DNA of 64,000 nt from Bacteroidota bacterium (GTDB lineage: Bacteria; Bacteroidota; Bacteroidia; Bacteroidales; VadinHA17). The position numbers and the translations under genes are program-made. The DNA is taken from contig JBAXXU010000003.1 of assembly GCA_037127735.1 (NCBI GenBank), positions 229-64,228 of the forward strand, read 5' to 3'. Below the pieces are notes generated by a model, which saw only the letters and a program-made list of their open reading frames with translations, searched no databases and was not told the DNA's origin. Below are positions 44,632 to 55,000 of the stretch, piece by piece. Position 1 is the first letter of the stretch. Each line of letters opens with the position of its first letter.

Positions 44632-47600
44632 TTACTTCAATAATTGAAATATTTGCATATTTCCGTTATTAACTGCAGCAATAATATACTGTTCTCCTGC
44701 TATATCAATCAGAACAATTTTTCTTGCATCACCAAAAATTTTCAGGCCGCTTTTTACAGGCATAAGTGCCTTGAACATATTATTTGTGTCACCTAAGAGA
44801 CACCAGCCAAAACTGGCATCATAACGCCCATACGAAGGCCTTACTGCATAATCATTTCCAGCCAGAATAAGATCCTGTTTTCCATCCTTATTTATATCCT
44901 TTACCAGAATATCCCGCACGGGAGAGAACTGCGCTTCTACAGGAAGTTTTTTAATTTTAAAGATTCCATTCCCGTTATTCAGGAACAGGCAACTTTCGAA
45001 AAGTACAGCTTTCTTAAAAGTCGATTGGTCTATTGCTGTCTTGCCAAATATCTCCTTTACTGTTTTTCCACCGAAATCAGAATAGTTAGGAAACTTCTTT
45101 TTAAACCCGGCTATCTGTGCGGCAAGTTCATCAAGGGAAGCTACCGGGTAACTTATCCCGTCTTCATAGGAGCAGATTATCTGATCAAGTGTTCCATTGT
45201 TGTCAAAATCATTCAGATATATCTCGACCGGTTCCTTTGTTGATGCCTTCAGCATCGAATTAAGTCCTAAATTTCCTCCAATAAGATCCATATTTCCATC
45301 GCCGTTGATGTCAGCAACATGTATGCAATTCCACCATCCTGAAGTTTCATCCAGACCCGCTGTACTAGTAACATCTGCAAAGTGTCCTTTATCATTTCTG
45401 AATACACATATTTTCATCCATTCCCCGGTTAGAACAAGATCCTGATCTCCATCCTTGTCCCAATCCATCCATGCTGCATCTGTAACCATACCAATATTCC
45501 TGAACGCGCTTATTCTATCATCTGTAACAATCTTGAAATGAGCGTATCCGTCATTTTCAAGCAGAAACTGGTCTGGCGACCATCCATAAGCGCCCGGCAC
45601 CGATCTTGAACCCACAAACAAATCTAAATCACCATCGCCGTCAAAGTCGCATGGCCTGACACAGGAACCATTGTGCGACATAAAGGGCAATTCACCTTTG
45701 GTAAACCTGCCTTTTCCGTCATTTATCAGGAGCAAATCGCTCAGCAAAGGATCGCCGATGGCTAACTCATTGCCGCCCCGCACAATATAGAGGTCTTTAT
45801 CTCCGTCGCCGTCAGCATCAAAAAAAGCGGCATCAACATCATCTGCAAACCGCGCCCTGTTAAGCAACGGAATATCCAAAGCTTTGAAAGTCCCGTTTTT
45901 TTGTTGAACAAATATCTTAGCCGGCTGCCCTTTAGCCCCGCCAATGAACAGATCGTCCAGGCCATCGCCATTTACATCCCCGACTGCAATAGCAGGTCCT
46001 TCTGCCGAGAGGCTATGTGGAATCAATTGTTCGCGGTAGAAATCAACCCAATTGTCTTCTTTGTGGCTGAACTCCAGTCCTGGAACTACGATAGGAGAGA
46101 ATGATTTTACTTCGTCATTTTTTTGTCCACTTTTTCTTATAGTTTTCTCTGCTTTGTTAATATCCAGCGTGATAAGCTTATCAACCAGAACATCTTTTAT
46201 CATTTGTTCTGTCAGGTCCGGCCAGCGTACAATAAGTGAATCGATCACGTTTGTTGATCCCAATCCAAAATGCAAAACGTCCGAGGTGGCAGATAAAAAA
46301 CCCCTTGTCGGGAATTGCTCTTCAACCTGTTCCTGACCTCCACAGTATAAAGTAACGCGGGCTCCTATTCCGCGAGTGTTCATGCCTTTTCCTTTCAATG
46401 CCACAGATAAAAAATGGTTGCTTGCCAGGGCACCGGCATTATTTCTAAAGATATAAGCCGGAGAATTAATGTTATTGACAATCAGATCAAGATCGCCATC
46501 ATTGTCGAGATCAGCATAGGTTGATCCGTTGGAACATGAACGGGTATTGAATCCCCATTCTTTAGCCATATTCGAAAATGTGAGATCACCATTGTTTTTA
46601 AGAATGTAGTTAATATTTGGATAGACCGGCATCTTCTCGTACAGCTCCTTATTAGTATATTTGGTAAGATCGTGTGAAGGAGAAACACTGTTCCCGCCTG
46701 TCAGAAAATTTACATAGTCGAGATCATTTGCCCTTCGGTATATTCCGTTTGTAATAAAAAGATCTTTCCATCCGTCATTATCAACATCACAGAACAGAGG
46801 CGACCAGCTCCAGTCGGTAGCTGCAACCCCGGCGAGCTGGCCAATTTCACTAAACATGCCTCTCCCGAGATTGAGTTGCAGGGTATTACGTACAAACTGG
46901 TGATTATAACCCAGTTCCAGTTTTATTTCAGAGAGTTCATAATCATCTTCACCACCTGATTGTTTCCTTATTTTATCATTATCCGGCATCATATCGAGGA
47001 CTATTATATCGAGAAGGCCATCGTTATTAATATCTCCGACATCATTACCCATCGACGATCTGCTCGTATGTCCAATAAAATCTGTCAGTCTTTCTGAAAA
47101 AGTGCCATTACCATTGTTGATATACAAATAATCGTTTTCGTGGAAATCATTCGATACATAAATATCGTGGAAACCATCGTTATTAATATCACATATATTT
47201 ACTCCAAGGCCATAACCAATTTGGCTGCTGTATATGCCTGCTTCACTGGTAATATCCTTGAACACACGTTTCCCATCTGCTTCATCATTTCGGTATAGCC
47301 TGTCACCCGCTAGTGAATCCCTGTCATTACGCCGTGAAACATCACCATAACTTCGCGAAGTATGTACCGAATGGTTAAGCAGGTACATATCAAGATCACC
47401 ATCCATATCGTAGTCAAAAAAAGCTGCCTGGGTAGAAAAGCCCTGAAAATCAAGCCCATATTCATGAGCCTTCTCTTTAAATGTCAGGTTGCCCTGATTT
47501 ATGAACAGCTGGTTTCTTCCATTAAAATTCTTATATTTCCCCACCTGACAGACATATATATCCAATAATCCGTCCCCGTTCACATCTGCAATTGTAACGC

Positions 47601-47943
47601 CGGTCTTCCAGTCACCCTTACCGGCCACACCGGCAGCTTCGGTGATGTCCTCAAACTTAAGATTTCCCTTATTAAGATATAATTTATTGGGTTTTTGATT
47701 TGAAGTGAAATACAAATCTACCAGGCCATCGTTATTGATGTCTCCGGCTGCAACTCCTGCGCCATTATTGAAGTACAGGTATTCGATGATATTTGATTGT
47801 TCAGTTTCTGTCAGTTTATTATTAAAATTTATTTTGGTAGTTGAAGAAGGCAGAAGCGAAAAGAGTGAATCTCCCTTTTTCTGCTCATGTTTACAGGAGG
47901 AAACCGTCAAAAGAATGAGAATAACAATAGCTGAATTTTTCAT
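44632..47943 (-). CDS. FG-GAP/VCBS-repeat + ASPIC/UnbV-domain lipoprotein (CRTAC1-like)
   Basis: Lipoprotein signal (LLTVSSC). Many DxNxDGxxD FG-GAP calcium-type repeats. UnbV-like segment GARVTLYCGGQEQVEEQFPTRGFLSATSDVLHFGLG...VRWPD. Confidence 0.85.
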   Translation of the reverse strand: MKNSAIVILILLTVSSCKHEQKKGDSLFSLLPSSTTKINFNNKLTETEQSNIIEYLYFNNGAGVAAGDINNDGLVDLYFTSNQKPNKLYLNKGNLKFEDITEAAGVAGKGDWKTGVTIADVNGDGLLDIYVCQVGKYKNFNGRNQLFINQGNLTFKEKAHEYGLDFQGFSTQAAFFDYDMDGDLDMYLLNHSVHTSRSYGDVSRRNDRDSLAGDRLYRNDEADGKRVFKDITSEAGIYSSQIGYGLGVNICDINNDGFHDIYVSNDFHENDYLYINNGNGTFSERLTDFIGHTSRSSMGNDVGDINNDGLLDIIVLDMMPDNDKIRKQSGGEDDYELSEIKLELGYNHQFVRNTLQLNLGRGMFSEIGQLAGVAATDWSWSPLFCDVDNDGWKDLFITNGIYRRANDLDYVNFLTGGNSVSPSHDLTKYTNKELYEKMPVYPNINYILKNNGDLTFSNMAKEWGFNTRSCSNGSTYADLDNDGDLDLIVNNINSPAYIFRNNAGALASNHFLSVALKGKGMNTRGIGARVTLYCGGQEQVEEQFPTRGFLSATSDVLHFGLGSTNVIDSLIVRWPDLTEQMIKDVLVDKLITLDINKAEKTIRKSGQKNDEVKSFSPIVVPGLEFSHKEDNWVDFYREQLIPHSLSAEGPAIAVGDVNGDGLDDLFIGGAKGQPAKIFVQQKNGTFKALDIPLLNRARFADDVDAAFFDADGDGDKDLYIVRGGNELAIGDPLLSDLLLINDGKGRFTKGELPFMSHNGSCVRPCDFDGDGDLDLFVGSRSVPGAYGWSPDQFLLENDGYAHFKIVTDDRISAFRNIGMVTDAAWMDWDKDGDQDLVLTGEWMKICVFRNDKGHFADVTSTAGLDETSGWWNCIHVADINGDGNMDLIGGNLGLNSMLKASTKEPVEIYLNDFDNNGTLDQIICSYEDGISYPVASLDELAAQIAGFKKKFPNYSDFGGKTVKEIFGKTAIDQSTFKKAVLFESCLFLNNGNGIFKIKKLPVEAQFSPVRDILVKDINKDGKQDLILAGNDYAVRPSYGRYDASFGWCLLGDTNNMFKALMPVKSGLKIFGDARKIVLIDIAGEQYIIAAVNNGNMQIFQLLK

Positions 47944-47952
47944 ATAGAAACT

Positions 47953-50900
47953 TCAACGGTTTAAAGGTTTAAAAACCTGAACCGGATTATTGCTTCTGGC
48001 GATCACGAGTATTTTCCCCTTTGAAGTTGTAACTTCCATGATGTTCCTGACCTCACCATCAAGATGAAATCCCGATGATTTCGCGGGAATATAGCTAAAA
48101 CCGCCCTTCCCATCACCGATGAGGAATGAACCATAACTGGCATCATATCTTCCAACTTCAGGTTTGACATTGAACAGATTGCCTCCAAGCAAAATATCCT
48201 GATTGCCATCGCCATTATAGTCACCTGCAGACGCTGCATAGACCGGGGAAAACTGAGCCTCAACCGGCAAAGGTTTCCTGGTGAAATTCCCTCTTCCATC
48301 ATTAATAAACAGAGAGGTTTCCAGAAGGGTTACATCCAGATGGATAGAATTCTTCAACTGCTCGGGTGTAAATATATCTGTGATCTGCTGATCTTTATAC
48401 ATCTCATATGTCGGAAATTTTTTCTCCAGATCCGGAATTTGTCTGGTCAGATCATGTTTTAATGCCAAGGGATATGATTTATCGCCATCATAAGTACAAA
48501 TTATTTGTTCAACAGTGCCATTCAGGTCAAAATCGTTCACGAACATACTGACCGGTTTATCGGGTGTTGCTTTAAACCTTGAGTTCAACCCATGATTTCC
48601 GGCTATAAAATCCACATCGCCATCGCCATCAAAATCGCCTGCGGCCAGGCAATTCCACCAACCTTGAGTTTTAACAGTGCCAAACGCATCCTTTTTTTCT
48701 TTGAAAGTACCATGCTCATTAATGAATACTTTCAGAAGCATCCAATCTCCTGCAATAATCATGTCGGGATCTCCGTCACCGTCAACATCTTGCCATATCA
48801 TATCGCGGATCATTCCTGTATTGAACAATTCAGGTGCAACCCGCGAGGTAACATTAGTGAAATGTCTCTTGCCATCATTCTCTAATAAATAACCGTTGCA
48901 TGGCACACCATATTCAAACGGTTTAAGGCGGATACCGACAAACAATTCTATCACCCCGTCTTTATCATAGTCAGCCGGTCTGACACAGGAGGTGCTTTCA
49001 TATTTACCGGCAGGAAGGATCTGGTCGGATTTGACAAAGTGCCCTTTGCCATCATTAATATATAAACGATCTGACAATGCTGACGAACTCTCCGGAAATT
49101 CATTTCCTCCGCTTGCTACATATAGATCCAGATCGCCATCACCATCTGCATCAAACATAGCGCAATCCATGTCTTCGGATATTTTATCTGCTTCAAACAA
49201 CTCTTTGTCAATCGGTTCAAATGTCCCATTTTTTTTCTGTACCATCAGAGTGCCGGCCTGTCCTTTGGCTCCACAGATATATATGTCATCCAGTCCATCG
49301 CCATTTACGTCACCCTTACACATTCGAGGACCTTCAGTTGACATCATCTGGTAGAGCAAAGGTTCCCGTTCAAAGTCATTAAAATCGCTCTCTTTATGGA
49401 CGAAATCAATCCGGTTTTCCTTACTGATATCTTCAAAGTATTCATGTTGTGAGCTTACAGGATCGACAATATGCACTGACTTTTCATCAGCGTCCTTCTG
49501 ATATAAAGTTAAAGTCTGATCAGCCGATACGTTAGTCGTAAGTGTGGTCCGGCCATCCGGCCATTCAATAATGAGGGAATCAACCATTGTCAATGCACCC
49601 AGGCCCAGATTTGGCCGGGGATCGACTGTTGATAAATATCCGCGCATGGGCATCTGTTCCAGATAAATAAACTTCCCTTTATTTTTGACAGTCACTTTTG
49701 CACCTATAGCCTGAGTATTTCCCGGCTCGCCCTTTAAAACTATTTTCAAATAGTGGTTGCCAGGCAGCTGATGATTGGTTTCATTCCTGTAAATTGACAT
49801 GGGTAAATTAACATTGTTTATCACAAGATCAAGATCGCCATCATTATCAAGGTCACCATAGGCAGCTCCATTCGAAAATCCTGGTTCACCAAGTCCCCAG
49901 CTGTCCACCATATTCTGAAAACTGTAGTTTCCCATATTTTTGAAGGCATAATTTGGGATTTTAACCGAGGGAATCGCATCAATAAGTTTTTTATAATCAA
50001 CATTATTGCCTGATACAATAGTCATGACCATATCGCGGTTCGAGAAATACTTGATATAATCCTGATCGGTAAGATCCTTGTAAATACCGTTTGCTACAAA
50101 TATATCTTTCAACCCGTCGTTGTCGAGATCGGCCATTAATGCACCCCACGACCAGTCTGTTGCTGAGACTCCTGCCAGACGCCCGATTTCACTGAATGTG
50201 CCATCGGCGTTGTTTATCTGTAACATATTTCGCGTAAACTGGTTATGGTAACCGTTATCAACATTCGATTTATAATTATTCCAGTCATCAAATGTGGTTT
50301 TTGTTTTCAGGCGATCGTTGTGTTCGGGAACCATATCTGTAGTAAATATTTCGGGATAGTGATCATTGTTTATATCGGCCATATCGCCTCCCATAGAAGC
50401 TGCGGAGGTTGACCTGATCATATCCACCAAAGATTCCTTAAATGTTCCATCGTGATTATTTATATAAATGTAATCACGTTCAAAAAAATCATTAGATACA
50501 TAGATATCCATCCATCCATCCTGATTAATGTCGCCGACTGAAACACCCAGGCCAAATCCAATCATGCTGCCATAGATTCCGGCTGATTCACTTACATCAG
50601 TAAATTTTCCATCATCGTTTCTGAAGAGTTTATCACCGCCGATTGAATCGCGAACCAGACGCTGATTCTCTTTGAGATTAAAACTTCCTATCGCTTTGGG
50701 AAAATTTTTCAGTAGAAACAGGTCAAGGTCACCATCCTTGTCATAATCAAAGAATACTCCCTGTGTTGAATTACCTTGTTCATCAATACCATATTCTTTT
50801 GCTTTTTCGGTAAATGTCAGATTCCCATTGTTGATATATAATTCATTCCGACTTTGGATACCATGTATATTTCCCGATTTGCACACATATATATCCGTCC

Positions 50901-51285
50901 AACCATCTCCATTTACATCGGCAAAGCTGATCCCGGTTGACCATCCTTCACCAATAATACCTGCCTTGAGGGAAATATCTTCAAACTCGAAATTTCCTTT
51001 ATTCAGATAAAGCTTATTGGCTCCCATGTTGGATGCCATAAAAATATCGGGAAGGTCATCATTATTTATATCTCCCAAAGCTACTCCTGCTCCATTGTAA
51101 AAATTCCGGAAGGTGTAAACATTGAACTTCGTCTTGAGCTGGGCATCGTAATCTAATTTATTGATAAAATCAGCATGTGTAACAGAAGCAGGCATGAGCG
51201 TAAACAAATGATCTTCTGACTGTTTGCCACAGGAATAAATGAACAATGGCAGCAGCAGCAATACCCCCCAAATGGGCAATTTCAA
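47953..51285 (-). CDS. FG-GAP/VCBS-repeat + ASPIC/UnbV-domain lipoprotein (paralogue). The ORF is open up to ATG 51384.
   Basis: Same architecture as its neighbours. The TTG at 51285 gives a plausible lipoprotein signal (M)KLPIWGVLLLLPLFIYSC. The 33 codons upstream of it (to ATG 51384) are a translated GC-rich repeat element. Confidence 0.8.
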   Translation of the reverse strand: MKLPIWGVLLLLPLFIYSCGKQSEDHLFTLMPASVTHADFINKLDYDAQLKTKFNVYTFRNFYNGAGVALGDINNDDLPDIFMASNMGANKLYLNKGNFEFEDISLKAGIIGEGWSTGISFADVNGDGWTDIYVCKSGNIHGIQSRNELYINNGNLTFTEKAKEYGIDEQGNSTQGVFFDYDKDGDLDLFLLKNFPKAIGSFNLKENQRLVRDSIGGDKLFRNDDGKFTDVSESAGIYGSMIGFGLGVSVGDINQDGWMDIYVSNDFFERDYIYINNHDGTFKESLVDMIRSTSAASMGGDMADINNDHYPEIFTTDMVPEHNDRLKTKTTFDDWNNYKSNVDNGYHNQFTRNMLQINNADGTFSEIGRLAGVSATDWSWGALMADLDNDGLKDIFVANGIYKDLTDQDYIKYFSNRDMVMTIVSGNNVDYKKLIDAIPSVKIPNYAFKNMGNYSFQNMVDSWGLGEPGFSNGAAYGDLDNDGDLDLVINNVNLPMSIYRNETNHQLPGNHYLKIVLKGEPGNTQAIGAKVTVKNKGKFIYLEQMPMRGYLSTVDPRPNLGLGALTMVDSLIIEWPDGRTTLTTNVSADQTLTLYQKDADEKSVHIVDPVSSQHEYFEDISKENRIDFVHKESDFNDFEREPLLYQMMSTEGPRMCKGDVNGDGLDDIYICGAKGQAGTLMVQKKNGTFEPIDKELFEADKISEDMDCAMFDADGDGDLDLYVASGGNEFPESSSALSDRLYINDGKGHFVKSDQILPAGKYESTSCVRPADYDKDGVIELFVGIRLKPFEYGVPCNGYLLENDGKRHFTNVTSRVAPELFNTGMIRDMIWQDVDGDGDPDMIIAGDWMLLKVFINEHGTFKEKKDAFGTVKTQGWWNCLAAGDFDGDGDVDFIAGNHGLNSRFKATPDKPVSMFVNDFDLNGTVEQIICTYDGDKSYPLALKHDLTRQIPDLEKKFPTYEMYKDQQITDIFTPEQLKNSIHLDVTLLETSLFINDGRGNFTRKPLPVEAQFSPVYAASAGDYNGDGNQDILLGGNLFNVKPEVGRYDASYGSFLIGDGKGGFSYIPAKSSGFHLDGEVRNIMEVTTSKGKILVIARSNNPVQVFKPLNR

Positions 51286-51370
51286 CCCCCCAACCCCCCA
51301 AATGGGGGGCTTAAAAGTCCCCCATCTGAGCGAAGCCGAAGAGTGGGATTTAGGGGGTAGATTCAATTGA
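51264..51370. repeat. GC-rich repeat element with four hexa-G/C tracts at the 5' end of the FG-GAP gene
   Basis: C6 at 51264-51269, 51286-51291 and 51294-51299; G6 at 51304-51309. cccccc aaat gggggg is a hairpin. The minus-strand reading ccccctaaatccc...gggggacttttaag resembles the ccctaaatccc...gggacttaaa units at 55.5 kb. Confidence 0.75.
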
Positions 51371-51385
51371 AAAGTTCTGAGCATC

Positions 51386-52012
51386 CTATTTCTTTATACT
51401 TTTGGTAGTATCATTCTGCGTATTCTCCGGTAGGGATGGTGAATCGTTCCATCCTTTTTTTACTGTCAAATCAGTAAATACAGCCCATACGCGCAGGTCG
51501 TTTTCTATAAATATTGTTATGCGCCGGTTCCCGTCTATCTTAACATAAGCTATACCATGCAAAGGATGCTTAACTTTTATAAAGCCGGCGCCATAGGTCT
51601 TTTCATACCATTTTAGCAATTCTATCTGGAGCTTATCAGAAGATAAAGTTTTATTCCACGGGGCCCATCCTCTATATTTAAAGGATACAGGCATTTCAGA
51701 AATTTTACCCTGATTAAATTTTGGATAAAAATCCATCAACGCCGGATAATTCAATTCGTTTTTCATTTCATATTCAGCAGTTATATTGCTCTCACCTTGC
51801 TTTATCACCCCTTTTTTGTTAAGATTCCAGCAGTGCACATAGAAAGTTTTTTCCGGCATTCCGAAGTATAATCCCAGAAATAATGAATCATATCTCACTC
51901 CGCTTGCCAGTTCATGCTTTAACCTGCGGTCATATTCTGCTCTTGGTGAACATCCGGAAATAATAAATCCGGAAATCAGGATCATCAATATCCAATTAAT
52001 TCTTGTCTTCAT
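51386..52012 (-). CDS. Small lipoprotein of unknown function
   Basis: Lipobox (LISGFIISGC). 208 aa. Sits between FG-GAP paralogues with 9-nt and 1-nt spacers. Confidence 0.6.
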   Translation of the reverse strand: MKTRINWILMILISGFIISGCSPRAEYDRRLKHELASGVRYDSLFLGLYFGMPEKTFYVHCWNLNKKGVIKQGESNITAEYEMKNELNYPALMDFYPKFNQGKISEMPVSFKYRGWAPWNKTLSSDKLQIELLKWYEKTYGAGFIKVKHPLHGIAYVKIDGNRRITIFIENDLRVWAVFTDLTVKKGWNDSPSLPENTQNDTTKSIKK

Positions 52013-52021
52013 AGATTTCTG

Positions 52022-55000
52022 TCAATATTTATAAAACTGTAAATTATCATTATTTCTTGCAACTGCAATGATACGGCTTCCATTTATGTTCAAAATTTTC
52101 AGATCGCGTATTTCTCCTTTGGTAAAAAAACCTGATTTAAAGGATGGTACAGACTTCCATTTTTCTCCTGTATACCCTTTTAGGAAAAGGCCGTAACTCG
52201 CATCATATATACCTGTTTCTGGTTTTGCCCCGGACTGGTTTCCGCCCAGGATGATGTCACAAATTCCATCATCATCAAAGTCATCAGCATTTATGGCATA
52301 AACAGGAGAGAACTGGGCTTCCACAGGTAAGGGAGTAATATGAAACGATCCCTGACCTGTATTTATCAGAACACAACTCTCCAAATACCTGGCATTCAAT
52401 TTCACTGACCTATTAAGTATCTCAGGAGAAAAAATATCCCCGATTGTTGCATCTTTGTAGTCATCATACTTTTTAAATTTCATGGCAAGTGAAGGGATTT
52501 GTTTTACCAGATCATCTTTCATTGCCACGGGATATGATTTATCACCATTGTAACAACATATTATCTGCTCAACACTGCCATTTAGATCAAAATCATTCAC
52601 GTACATCGTCAGGGGCTTATTTGCAGATGCTTTAAAACGCGAATTCAACCCTTGATTGCCAAGTACAAAATCAACTTTACCATCACCATTGAGATCTTTG
52701 GCAACAATTGTATGCCACCAGCCTTCAGTATTTGACAAACCAAAACGTTCAGACTGATCAGTAAATATCCCATTATCATTAATAAATATTTTTACCGGCA
52801 TCCAGTCACCCACTATTGCCATATCAAGATCTCCATCATTGTCTACATCGGCCCATGCCATATCTGTTATCATTCCAATCAATGACAGCCCCGGCGCTTT
52901 TTTTCCCGTAATATTTGTAAAGTTACCGTGCCCGTTGTTTTCCAACAGGTACCCATTTACCGGCACACCATATTCAAACGGACGCAGACGGATACCGACA
53001 AACAGGTCAACATCGCCATCTTTGTCAAAATCTGCAGGTTGTACACAGGAAGTGCTCTCATATTTTCCCGCAGGTAAAATCTGACCTGATTTTACGAAGT
53101 TTCCTTTACCATCGTTTATATATAAGCGATCGGCCAGAGCTGATGAACTTGAAGGGAATTCATTGCCACCGCTGGCAACGTATAAATCCTGGTCGCCATC
53201 ACCATCAGCATCAAAAAAGGCACAATCAGTATCTTCACAAATCTTGTCAGCTTCAAACAATTTGTCATTTGTTTTTCTGAAATGGCCATTTCTGTCCTGT
53301 ACAAACAGGGCACCCGGAGAATCCTTTGCGCCACATATATATATGTCATCAAGACCATCTCCATTAACATCACCAACAGCCATACGGGGACCTTCATTTG
53401 ATAACATCTGAAAAAGTAACTTATCGCGTTCAAAATCATTGAAATCGTTCTCCTTGTGTTTAAAATCCAAACTGGTGATGGTTTCTGTTTTTTGAAAAAC
53501 AAGAGTCTGTTTTTTATCCGTGAAAGTGGCGTTTTTTTCAGAAGCATCCTTCTGATCGAGCTTTAAAAACTGATTAGCAGCTACATTACGCAGCACAGTA
53601 CACCTTTCATCGGGCCAGTTTACCACAACTGAATCGACAGTAGGAGTGGCCCCAAGTCCAAAATGAAGCCTGTTATCGACCGTGGATTGAAAGCCGCGCA
53701 TAGGCATTAATTCCTGGTAATTTACTTTTCCGTTATAGTAAAGTGTAACCTGTGCTCCGATGGCTCCGGTATTTTTCCCTGATCCTTTCAATGTTATAAT
53801 AAGAAAATTAGATTCCGGTTTTTTATTTGCTTCATTCCGGTAGATAAAGGGAGGCATATTCACATTGTTTACAACCAGGTCAAGATCACCATCGTTATCC
53901 AGGTCACCGTACGCAGCACCATTTGAAAATGAAGGCGTATTCAAACCCCAAAGAGCTGATAAATTAGTAAAGGTGAGATCCTTGTTGTTGTGGAATGCAT
54001 AATTCGGAACCTTCATGGAAGGGATCATGTCGATCATTTTCAATATAGCTTTTTTTTCTGTTCTTATCATAGTTCTGACTAAAGAAGGATCTGAATAGAA
54101 ATCCAGGTAGTCGCGGTCAAGCAGATCCTTATAAATGCCATTGGCGACAAAAATGTCTTTCCAGCCGTCATTGTCAAGGTCCATTATCAACGCTCCCCAG
54201 CTCCAGTCGGTAGTACTGACACCGCTCAATCTTCCAATTTCACTGAATGAACCGTTTTGATTATTCAATTGAAGGGTATTCCGTGCAAACTGATGGTAGT
54301 AACCTTTATTAAGTTTGTTCTGATATCGCTCCCAGTCATCGAACACTGCTTTTGTCTTAAGTCTGGAGTTTCCTTCCGGAGTCATTTCAGTAACAAAGAT
54401 CTCCGGATAGGCATCGTTGTTTATATCAGCCATATCTGCCCCCATTGCCCCAAGACTGATCTCACGCATCTGATCCTCCAGGCATTCAGTGAACGTTCCG
54501 TTTTTATTGTTGATATAGAGATAATCACGTTCAAAAAAGTCATTTGAGACATAAATATCCGGCCATCCATCGCGATTCACATCTCCTACACTCACACCAA
54601 GACCAAATCCAATCTTACTTCCAAATATGCCTGCTTCCCTGGTGGCGTCCACAAAATGGCCATTATCATTCCGGTATAATTTGTTGCTTCCGAGTGTGTC
54701 GCGTATCTGACGTTGTCCCTGGTTCATATCATATTCGGTTACAGACTGGAATGAATTATTCAGGAGGTAACAATCAAGGTCGCCGTCACGGTCATAATCA
54801 AAAAACGAGGCGTGGTTTGATAATCCAACATCTGCAAGACCATATTCTGAAGCTTTTTCGGTGAATGTAAGGTTCCCGTTATTAATAAATAATTCATTGT
54901 TACGATGAGGGGTGCCGGGCTTACCGGATTTGCATATATAAATATCCGGCCAGCCATCGCCGTTTACATCAGCAATACTAACACCGGTAGACCATGAGCC

